Below are positions 9,432 through 16,766 of a stretch of 64,000 bases of DNA, piece by piece. The notes beneath the pieces are model-generated. The model was not told where the DNA came from. It made no database searches and saw only the letters and a list, made by a program, of their open reading frames with translations. Numbering within the stretch: position 1 is the stretch's first letter; each line of letters begins with the position of its first letter. Both the position numbers and the translations under genes were made by a program. This DNA comes from Candidatus Limnocylindrales bacterium (GTDB lineage Bacteria > Chloroflexota > Limnocylindria > Limnocylindrales > CSP1-4): NCBI GenBank assembly GCA_035540555.1, contig DATLGJ010000020.1:58759-122758 (forward strand), written 5' to 3'.

Positions 9432-10520
9432 ATGGACGCAGATCAGCGGCGCGAGGCGCTCTCAGGCTTTAAGCGGTATGTCGTGGCCCACCCCAACCTG
9501 GTCGATACCGTAGCAACAGTGAATGGCTCCATCATGGAGCCGGCGGGTGCCGCGGTGACGATGCTCTACGGTCCGACCGGTGTGGGCAAGAGCACGGTCG
9601 TCCGGGCGGTCATGACCGAGGCGAACCGCGAGCTCATGCCTGAACTTGCCGCCGATCCAGGCAAGTTCGGTGTCATCAAGCTCGATGCTCCCGCGCCGAC
9701 AGGCGGGAGTTTCAGCTGGAAACAGTTCTTCATCAAGTTGCTCGTGGCTCTTGGTGAGCCGATCGCGGATGCGCGCCTCGAGCGCCCCGGAAGAGCGGTT
9801 GGCCAGCGGCTCCGCAGCGGCGAAGAAGCGCGCAGTCAGGCCGAGCAGGCATTGGCACAGCGGCGGCCGAAAGCTGTGCTGATCGACGAGGCAACGCATA
9901 TCGCCAACTTGGTGTCGGGTGAGCGGCTCCTCAACCAGCTCGACCTATTGAAGTCGCTGGCCGACAGCACGGGCACTCACTTCGTGCTCGTCGGTACATA
10001 CGACCTGCTTGCCTTTCGCAACCTGAGCGGTCAGCTCGGCCGGCGAACTCAGGACGTGCACTTTCAGCGTTACCTGCCGAACGAAGGGGATATGGGCAAG
10101 TTCCAAACGGTCGTCCGCTCCTTCGGCCGAGCGCTCCCGGTCGACGCGGTCGACCTGACCGAGCATTTCGAGTTTCTGTATGAACGTTCACTTGGCTGCG
10201 TCGGCATGCTGCGCGACTGGCTGACACGGGCACTCAACAGTGCCCTGGCCCTCGAACGGCCGTTCCTCTCCGCGGACCTGCTTCGCGCCAATGCCTTGCC
10301 CATGGGAGCGCTCATGGCCGCCGCAGAAGAGATCAGCTACGGCGAGGCAAAGCTGGCCGACGCTGAGCGCGACCAGTTGCGCCTGCGCGAACTGCTCGGC
10401 ATCGCTCCATCCCAGGGAGCGGCAGCTCTCGAGCCCGCAGCGCCCCGCCTCCGCGCCGGCGTCACTGGCCGCGTCGGCACGCGCCAGCCAAGCCGCGATC
10501 CTGTCGGCGTCGAGACATGA
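9432..10520 (+). CDS. tnsC: TnsC-like AAA+ transposition regulator
   Basis: Walker A GPTGVGKST and Walker B VLIDEAT. It occupies the TnsC/TniB position between the transposase and tniQ. Its stop overlaps the tniQ start (ATGA). Confidence 0.75.
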   Translation: MDADQRREALSGFKRYVVAHPNLVDTVATVNGSIMEPAGAAVTMLYGPTGVGKSTVVRAVMTEANRELMPELAADPGKFGVIKLDAPAPTGGSFSWKQFFIKLLVALGEPIADARLERPGRAVGQRLRSGEEARSQAEQALAQRRPKAVLIDEATHIANLVSGERLLNQLDLLKSLADSTGTHFVLVGTYDLLAFRNLSGQLGRRTQDVHFQRYLPNEGDMGKFQTVVRSFGRALPVDAVDLTEHFEFLYERSLGCVGMLRDWLTRALNSALALERPFLSADLLRANALPMGALMAAAEEISYGEAKLADAERDQLRLRELLGIAPSQGAAALEPAAPRLRAGVTGRVGTRQPSRDPVGVET

Positions 10521-11851
10521 ATGAGCAGTTCGCATTGGTCGCCGATCAGTCCGTGTTAGGACCGCGAAGCCGCCTTCATCGCTTGGAGCCTCAAGGTCTG
10601 GGCACTCCTGGTGTCGAGGCGATGACCAGCTACCTGCTCCGGCTGGCCGCAAGCCATGCGTTACCCGTGGGAAGCCTGGCCGTGGATCTGGTCGGGCCGG
10701 AACTCGGGCGCACTCGCGTCTATGGCGAGGCGCGCACCGATCGCTCCAGCTTCTTCAACTCCTCCATTTACCGAGGGCCGCAGGCCATCAACGGAGTTGG
10801 CGATTACGGCGAATTGTGGCTGGGAGCGATTCAGCGCTTGGTGCTGCGCGATGACCTAGCGCCCTTGAGCATGGTGTCCTGGCGAAGAGCGCTTTCGGCC
10901 CGCGGTCTACTGCGCGATCACTTGGCAGCGTGCGCCCATTGCCTGCACGAAGCAGCGGTCGCGGGGCGGACGATCCATGAGCCCCTGCTCTGGTCAATCG
11001 CGCAGGTGACCACGTGTCCGCTGCACGGTTGCCAGCTTCTACAGAGCTGTCCGCACTGCGCGACGCGCTCGCCACTCTTGGGCTGGGACGCCCAGGTGGG
11101 TCATTGCCGGCGATGTGGCAGCTGGCTAGGAAGCAGCATCTGTGACGAACAGCCTGGGAGCGAATGGGAGAGCTGGATATCGGCCAGCGTTGGCCGACTT
11201 CTTGAGTTGCCGCTCGAGCGACGGATCGCTGGCGGAACAATGGCTCGAGCCATCACGCAGGCGGTAGCCCGCAGCACCAATGGCAACGCTGCCGCCTTTG
11301 CCCGCGCGATCGGGCGCTCCAAGAGCCTGGTGACCGAATGGCGCCAGGGCCGAGCCGCGCCAACGCTCGAGTCACTGCTTCGCATCGCGGCATACGCGCG
11401 CCTGGACTTTGTGGCACTCGTGCGTGGCTCAGCCGTCGCTGACCCGGAGCCGCCGGCCCGATCGACATTGGGCGCCTGGGCCAGGGAAGTTAAGAGCGCG
11501 CGCGACTGGGGCGTGGTCGAGAGCCAACTGGAAGCGGCCCTAGCACTCGATCCACCGCAATCCTTCGCGGCGCTGTGTAGAGATTTACGCCTTGATGCTC
11601 AATCTGTTCGCGAGCGCTTTCCCGCTCTGGCGGGCCAGCTTGTGTCAAGGCGCCGCCGGTGGTCAGAGCATCAGAGGAACGAGCGATGCGAGGTGTTAGC
11701 CGGAGCGGTCCACGCGGCCGTCGTGGCAATCTGCGAGGTCGGCGAGCATCCCAGTCGTCGACGGGTCGAGGCGCTTCTTCCGACCGGCGCATCTCTTCGC
11801 GAGGACGCTCTTCGCACCGCCTGGCGCGAGTCGATCGCCACTCATCAGTAG
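10517..11851 (+). CDS. tniQ: TniQ/TnsD-family target-site selector
   Basis: N-terminal TniQ-like motif TSYLLRLAASHALPVGSLAV. Cys/His zinc-finger cluster (CAHCLHE...CPLHGC...CPHCATR...CRRCG). C-terminal XRE-like HTH (ARAIGRSKSLVTEWRQGRAAPTLESLLRIAAYARL). Confidence 0.7.
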   Translation: MNEQFALVADQSVLGPRSRLHRLEPQGLGTPGVEAMTSYLLRLAASHALPVGSLAVDLVGPELGRTRVYGEARTDRSSFFNSSIYRGPQAINGVGDYGELWLGAIQRLVLRDDLAPLSMVSWRRALSARGLLRDHLAACAHCLHEAAVAGRTIHEPLLWSIAQVTTCPLHGCQLLQSCPHCATRSPLLGWDAQVGHCRRCGSWLGSSICDEQPGSEWESWISASVGRLLELPLERRIAGGTMARAITQAVARSTNGNAAAFARAIGRSKSLVTEWRQGRAAPTLESLLRIAAYARLDFVALVRGSAVADPEPPARSTLGAWAREVKSARDWGVVESQLEAALALDPPQSFAALCRDLRLDAQSVRERFPALAGQLVSRRRRWSEHQRNERCEVLAGAVHAAVVAICEVGEHPSRRRVEALLPTGASLREDALRTAWRESIATHQ

Positions 11852-11949
11852 GGGGCGTCGCTGTCTCTCAGCTGCAAACACGCTAACCCGGTCCGCGCCC
11901 AATGCCGCTCCAGCACTGGTTGGTCAACAACAGAGGCCATGCTGGTTAT

Positions 11950-12312
11950 CTAGATCGCATAGTTGCGATACGACCCCCGTCCGTAGTCGTAAAGCGAGAT
12001 GCTGGAACCCGAGACCGTCCCAGAGAAGTGCGACGAAGTGCCGTAGTCGTAGCCCTCAAACCGATCCCCGGCGATCTTGAGTGCAACGTGATGACCGCGG
12101 CCGTAGTGGTACAGACTCAGGTTAGGCCGACTGCCTGACCCGCCGAAGTAGCATCCCGTGTCGTAGTCGTAGACGTTGACGGTTGTGGACGTCACTTCGC
12201 CGCTGATGCTGCGGTATTGGCCGAGGTCGTAGTCGTACACGGCGCTGGCAACCTTGCCTGTGATCAGTCGGGCAGCGACGTAGCCGACGAGGGCCGCAAC
12301 GTCATCGTGCAT
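11950..12312 (-). CDS. Small hypothetical protein (120 aa) built from five ~20-aa tandem repeats with an aromatic Y-D/H-Y-D/G core
   Basis: Sequence ...VYDYDLGQYRSISGEVTSTT / VNVYDYDTGCYFGGSGSRPN / LSLYHYGRGHHVALKIAGDR / FEGYDYGTSSHFSGTVSGSS / ISLYDYGRGSYRNYAI. Composition is not Arg/Ala-spurious. GGAG about 12 nt upstream of the ATG. It is the last gene before the transposon end and is transcribed inward from that end. Confidence 0.45.
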   Translation of the reverse strand: MHDDVAALVGYVAARLITGKVASAVYDYDLGQYRSISGEVTSTTVNVYDYDTGCYFGGSGSRPNLSLYHYGRGHHVALKIAGDRFEGYDYGTSSHFSGTVSGSSISLYDYGRGSYRNYAI

Positions 12313-12413
12313 CGTGACTCACATCTCCAAGCGACGTGCCGTATGCGCGAGCGTAGCAATGCCGCGGGATGGCGCGTCATAGGCGGGCTTAACACATGGC
12401 CGCGCCGGCTCGC

Positions 12414-12609
12414 TGGAAGCTTGGGCCGGCCGGACGTCCATCGGATCAGCTCGCGCCGAACGTGAGCCGGCGAGGTTCAGACGAGCGCCTCCAGTGGAAG
12501 CATCAGCTGGCACTTTGTCAGAACCGGTCGATTCTGAGCGTGACTACTTGCGTCGTCGCGAAAGTGGAAGCATGTGCTGTCCGTTGTCGACTGGAAGCAT
12601 GAGCTGTCC
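12414..12609 (+). repeat. Four direct repeats of a ~18-bp core TGGAAGCAT(C/G)(A/T)GCTG(G/T)CC, putative TnsB-binding sites of the transposon end. Copies at 12414 (degenerate), 12495, 12565 and 12592.
   Basis: Found by reading directly: ccagTGGAAGCATCAGCTGGCac (12495-12513), aaagTGGAAGCATGTGCTGTCC (12565-12582), gacTGGAAGCATGAGCTGTCC (12592-12609), gcTGGAAGCttgggcc (12414-). All point the same way toward the terminus. This is a gene-free, lower-GC segment. Confidence 0.55.
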
Positions 12610-12665
12610 AAAAGTGCCAACTTATGGTTCCAATCACAGGCCCGCCGAGGGCGTGCGCAAGATCG

Positions 12666-13039
12666 TGGTGGAGATGGGGGAGGGTCGAACTCCCCGTCCA
12701 AGGCGTTCAGCCGGAGACCAGCTACGAGCGTAGTCGATGCTTTGTCGTCAATCGGTCAGGCCGCCATCGACAGCGTCCCGCCCGATCCATCCACGCTCCC
12801 TTGCGGGCTTTGCGATCAGTCACGTGGCCTCGCCGATCGCGCATCCCCGCTGATTGACGCTTCCACAGCCCGCGGGGATGAGGCTGCTTCCACGTTCACC
12901 TAGCTGCTGTTAGGCAGCGAGGGGAAGAGAAGTCTGGCGGTTGCCAGTTACTTCGTTTTGCCGCCTTTTTCCGAGGCCAGAGCGGCATCCTCGACTCGCG
13001 TTCTCCGGGGATCCGGCCCTGTCGAAACCACTCATCCCC
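12666..13039 (-). ncRNA. ssrA: tmRNA (transfer-messenger RNA), 374 nt
   Basis: Minus-strand 5' end GGGGATGAGTGGTTTCGACAGGG (compare E. coli GGGGCUGAUUCUGGAUUCGACGGG). 3' end GGACGGGGAGTTCGACCCTCCCCCATCTCCACCA with T-arm GGGGAG/TTCGACC/CTCCCC. The acceptor CATCTCC pairs with 5' GGGGATG, including a G3-U wobble. Internal ...GGCCTCGGAAAAAGGCGGCAAAACGAAGTAACT GGC AAC CGC CAG ACT TCT CTT CCC CTC GCT GCC TAA gives a predicted tag GNRQTSLPLAA. smpB is immediately upstream. Confidence 0.7.
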
Positions 13040-13134
13040 AGACCACTAATCCTAGCATCCGAACGCCTGTTCTGGAAAGGGGTTCCGGGGAATGAGGGAG
13101 TGGACGCATCTGGCCCTGTGGTGGCGCGGCTCGC

Positions 13135-13596
13135 TCAGCGCCCGCGCTGGGCGTCGGCCATCTCGCGCTCGACCTCGCGGCGCATGTCCCGCTCCGCGAT
13201 GGAGCGTCTTTTGTCGTGGAGCTGCTTTCCGCGTGCGAGCCCCAGCTCCAGCTTGGCGCGTCCCCTGTCATTGATGTAGAGCCTCAGGGGCACGACCGTC
13301 AGACCCTTGGCCGACGCACGGCCGAGCAACTGGTCAATCTCGGCACGGTGGAGCAGCAACTTGCGATCCCGGCGCGGCTCGTGGTTCCACCGATTGCCGG
13401 CTTCGTACGGCGCGATGTGGGCGCCGATAAGCCACGCCTCGCCCTTCTCCACGCGGGCGTAGGCATCAGCCAGGTTGGCCTTGCCCGCTCGAATGCTCTT
13501 GATCTCCGTGCCGGTCAGGACGATGCCGGCCTCGAAGGTGTCGCTGATCTGGTACTCATGGCGGGCTCTGCGGTTGACCGCCACCGTCTCGGACAT
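13135..13596 (-). CDS. smpB: SsrA-binding protein SmpB
   Basis: [17 protein letters not shown]...[13 protein letters not shown]...[20 protein letters not shown]. Start taken at the internal Met; the track ORF extends 28 codons further upstream. Confidence 0.85.
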   Translation of the reverse strand: MSETVAVNRRARHEYQISDTFEAGIVLTGTEIKSIRAGKANLADAYARVEKGEAWLIGAHIAPYEAGNRWNHEPRRDRKLLLHRAEIDQLLGRASAKGLTVVPLRLYINDRGRAKLELGLARGKQLHDKRRSIAERDMRREVEREMADAQRGR

Positions 13597-13827
13597 TCTG
13601 TGCTGCTCCTGCCGTCCTGCGCCGGATCGGGGAAATGGCGCCGGACGCGGTGACGCCGGCCCTTTGTGGGCCGGCGTCACATGGCTGCGTTCACCACTTC
13701 TCAGGCGTCAGCTCAGGCGAGCGTCCCCCGAGAGGCGGTGCAGCGAGAACTGTCTGACACTGCACATCACCTCCTTTCGTTCGAAGGGACGATACCCGAC
13801 CTGCAGTCATTGCGCAAGGAGCGGTGC

Positions 13828-15171
13828 TCAGGCGGCGCGGGCCAGCCGGTGCAACGGATGCTCGGCCTCCTCCAGCGCGGCTCGCAGCAGCTCGATCGCC
13901 TGGTCGAGCACCGGATCCTGGCCGGCAGGGGTGCCCTCGGGCACCTCGACGACGAGGTCTGGCGTTAGCCCCTCCCCGTGGATCCACGTCTGGTCCGGGG
14001 TAAGCCACTTGCGAACGGAGAGGCGGTATCCGCCGGCACCCTCGAGCTCCTTCCACTCCTGGATGGTGCCCTTGCCGTACGTCCGCTGCCCGACCAGCTG
14101 CGCTCGCCCGCTGCCCTGCAGGGAGCCCGCCACGATCTCGCTGGCCGACGCCGTGCCGCCGTTGACCAGGACCACGAGCGGGATTGAAGGATCCGTCGCG
14201 GCGCCCCCGGGGATGGGCTCGATGGCCAGCGGTTCACTGCGCGCGCCCTGCTCCCAATACAGCGGGCTGGTGGCGACGAATTCGCTGGCTATGCGCCGCG
14301 CCGCATCGACGTAGCCGCCCGGGTCGTCGCGCAGGTCCAGGATCAGCGCCCGAACGCGGTGCTCCTCGACCAGCTCACGCAGCAGATCGTGCAGGTCCTG
14401 GGCCGCACCCGAGCTGAAGTTCTCGACCTTGAGATAGCCGATCGCGCCGTCGGCCAGGACGTCGCTCCGCACGTGCTCGCTCTGGATCACGTCTCGCACG
14501 ATGCGCAGCTCGAGCGGGTCCCCCGCGCGGTCGATCGACAGCGTCACCGACGTGCCCTTGGTGCCGCGAATGAGTGGAATCACCACGTCCAGGCTCGAGT
14601 CAAGCGTGGAGCGCCCATCCACGGCCAGGATGACGTCGTCCACCTGCAGGCCGGCGGCCAGCGCGGGCGATCGTCGAAGCACGCGCGTGACGGTGAGCCG
14701 GCAGCTGTGGGTGATGGTCGTGCAGGCATTCCCATCGGGCTCCCGCGTGGCCATCTCGGCGCCGATGCCTTCGAACTCGCCCGACAAATGACTCAGGCTG
14801 CCGCGGTACTCATCGGAGGTCATGTACCCCGAGAACGGGTCGCCGAGCGCCTGGAAGACGCCCTGAATGGCCCCCTCCACCAGGCGGCGCTCGTCGATCT
14901 CGCCTACATAGCTGTGGGTGATGTCGTTATAGGCGTCCCAGAAGGGCTGGAACAGCTCCTGCCGCGATTCACCGGTACCGGCCGTGGTTCCCTGAAGCTG
15001 GCCAAGCGCGAAGCCCGATACGAACAGCCCGCTGCCGGCGATGATCGCGACGAGGGCAGCGGCCACGTAGACCGCCGCTCGGCCAGGCCCTTCGCGGCGG
15101 TCGCGCTCGCCCGACGGGTCGACTCCATCGGTCGATAGGTGCCGGTCAGGCGTGGGATGGGGTTCCTGCAT
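13828..15171 (-). CDS. ctpA: Carboxy-terminal processing protease (S41, PDZ domain)
   Basis: N-terminal membrane anchor, PDZ region, catalytic-Ser motif VLVNGGTASASEIV and TYGKGTIQ. Confidence 0.8.
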   Translation of the reverse strand: MQEPHPTPDRHLSTDGVDPSGERDRREGPGRAAVYVAAALVAIIAGSGLFVSGFALGQLQGTTAGTGESRQELFQPFWDAYNDITHSYVGEIDERRLVEGAIQGVFQALGDPFSGYMTSDEYRGSLSHLSGEFEGIGAEMATREPDGNACTTITHSCRLTVTRVLRRSPALAAGLQVDDVILAVDGRSTLDSSLDVVIPLIRGTKGTSVTLSIDRAGDPLELRIVRDVIQSEHVRSDVLADGAIGYLKVENFSSGAAQDLHDLLRELVEEHRVRALILDLRDDPGGYVDAARRIASEFVATSPLYWEQGARSEPLAIEPIPGGAATDPSIPLVVLVNGGTASASEIVAGSLQGSGRAQLVGQRTYGKGTIQEWKELEGAGGYRLSVRKWLTPDQTWIHGEGLTPDLVVEVPEGTPAGQDPVLDQAIELLRAALEEAEHPLHRLARAA

Positions 15172-15253
15172 CGGAGGGTGCGTTCATACCGGGTGCGGAC
15201 GGACGAGCAGCAAGTGTAGGCGGCCGGGCCGATTCCTTCCCTCCGACCCGGGG

Positions 15254-16358
15254 TCAGGCTGCCTCGTCGGTAGCCAGGCGCTCCAGCTCCGCCAGCATGA
15301 AGCCGTCGAGGTCGCCGTCCAGGACGTCGCCCGTGCTGCTGGTTTCGTGCTCGGTGCGGTGGTCCTTGACCATCTGGTAGGGGTGCAGAACGTAGGAGCG
15401 GATCTGGTTGCCCCAACCGGCTTCGACGTGATCACCCTTGATCGCCGCCAGCTCTCGTTCGCGCTCCTCCAGCTTCCGTTCCAGCAGGCGGGCCCTGAGC
15501 ACCTTCATCGCAACGTCACGGTTCTGGTGCTGGGAGCGCTCGTTCTGGCTCTGCGCCACGATGCCCGTCGGCAGGTGCGTGATGCGGACCGCCGAGTCGG
15601 TCTTGTTGACGTGCTGTCCGCCCGCCCCCTGCGCTCGGAATGTGTCGACCTTGAGCTCGTCCTCCGGGATCTCGCCGACTTCGACGTCATCTTCGACCTC
15701 GGGCAGCACCTCGACCAGGGCGAACGTCGTATGGCGCCGCTTCTGGGAGTCGTACGGGCTGATCCGAACGAGGCGGTGAACGCCGCGCTCAGCGCGAAGG
15801 TGGCCGTAGGCGTTGCGTCCCTCGACGGCAAAGGTCGCGCTTTTCAGGCCCGCCTCCTCCCCCTCCAACTGGTCGAGGATCTCCGTGCCGAAGCGATGGC
15901 GTTCGGCCCAGCGCAGGTACATCCGCAGGAGCATGGCGGCCCAGTCGGTCGCCTCTGTGCCACCGGCCCCCGCGCTGATCGAGACGATCGCGCTGCGCTC
16001 GTCGTATGGCCCGTTGAACATCAGGCTCATGCGCTGGCGCTCAAACTCGGCGCGGAGCGCGACGTGCTCGGCCGAAAGGCCTGTCAGCATCTCCTGGTCG
16101 CCGGAATCGCCGGCCAGCTCTGCCAGCTCGACCAGATCGTCGGCGCGCTGCACCAGTGAGCGCCAGACCCCGATCTCCTCGCGCAGGCTCTCGGCCGTGC
16201 GCAGCACCTGCTGGGCGTTGCGTTGGTCCGACCAGAAATCGGCCGCGCTGGCCTGCTCGTCGAGGTCGGCCAGCCGCTCTTCGCGAGCAGCTAGGTCAAA
16301 GGCGCCCCGAGGTCGCGTGGATGCGCTCGGCCAGGGCGCGCAGCTCTCCTATATCCAA
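15254..16358 (-). CDS. prfB: Peptide chain release factor 2, requires a +1 programmed frameshift at CTT TGA C (16301-16295)
   Basis: Frame-0 leader from TTG at 16358 (RBS AGAGGAA) encodes (M)DIGELRALAERIHATSGRL then stop. The +1 frame continues DLAAREERLADLDEQASAADFWSDQRNAQQVLRTAESLREE... and includes GGQ. SD-like GGGG lies 3 nt upstream of CTT. Confidence 0.85.
16295..16308 (-). other. prfB autoregulatory +1 frameshift site (GGGG CGC CTT TGA C)
   Basis: Read directly from the reverse complement of 16295-16308. Matches the canonical RF2 recoding cassette. Confidence 0.8.
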
Positions 16359-16374
16359 GCTGACGTTCCTCTGG

Positions 16375-16662
16375 CTAGTTTCTCGAGCGCACTTCCTGGA
16401 GCAGGATCGGCCGCAGCTCGATGATGCGCAGCGCGGTCTTGCTCCGTGCGACGACGGGGTTCACGCAGGGACAGTATCCGTTGTGCGGGCAAACGCCGCA
16501 GTTTCCATCACAGTCGAGCGACGCGGCGTAGCTGCAGGTGCGGCACTCTCGCTCGCAGGCGATAAGGTCTACGAACGACAATGCGGCGCGTGCCTCTTCC
16601 GCCGCCGGGTTGGGCTTCACGGCAACCGAGACTCCCTCTCTGACCCGGACCACCCTTGGCAC
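16375..16662 (-). CDS. Small cysteine-rich hypothetical protein (8 Cys: CERECRTC...CDGNCGVCPHNGYCPC), possible metal-binding or zinc-ribbon protein
   Basis: Composition is unlike the Arg/Ala-rich spurious ORFs on the opposite strand. The stop is 17 nt before the prfB start. No family recognised. Confidence 0.3.
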   Translation of the reverse strand: MPRVVRVREGVSVAVKPNPAAEEARAALSFVDLIACERECRTCSYAASLDCDGNCGVCPHNGYCPCVNPVVARSKTALRIIELRPILLQEVRSRN

Positions 16663-16766
16663 TCCGGGGGATCCTCAAGGTTTGCCGGAGGAGGCACGGC
16701 CTCCGGGTGGTTCTGCCGAGTGTAGCGACGGATCGCCGCACACTCAAGAGGCAAGTTGCCAGAATT

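Larger units (their letters stand above)
6671..12638 (+). mobile_element. Tn7-like transposon, core genes plus right-hand end. The terminus is estimated at ~12620-12638 (..caatcACA). The left boundary was not found; the element probably extends left of 6671 through the FtsH-like, XRE and RHS genes and perhaps beyond the window.
   Basis: tnsAB-tnsC-tniQ are co-linear and translationally coupled. The TnsB-type repeat array ends 27-45 bp before the tmRNA 3' end at 12666. The inward-reading end sequence TGTGATTGGAACCATAAGTTGG resembles Tn7-type termini (TGT...ATAGTTGG). Confidence 0.6.

Noticed and set aside
6671-11851. Interpreting the three genes as a Tn402/Tn5053-type tniA-tniB-tniQ module
   Set aside because: The transposase has an N-terminal TnsA-type PD-(D/E)xK domain with the TPDFLV motif, which Tn402-family TniA lacks. 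There is no resolvase or res site.
12666-12742. Reading the CCA-ending T-arm at 12666-12700 as an ordinary tRNA gene
   Set aside because: No complementary acceptor 5' strand, D-arm or anticodon arm 70-90 nt upstream. The complementary GGGGATG lies 374 nt upstream, followed by tmRNA-specific elements and a tag ORF.
12857-12895. Two inverted-orientation copies of the repeat core (gcttccac) 27 bp apart inside the tmRNA gene body, the same spacing as the two terminal TnsB-type repeats
   Set aside because: Only 7-8 bp match and they lie within functional tmRNA structure. Most likely chance, though target/end mimicry cannot be excluded without alignments.
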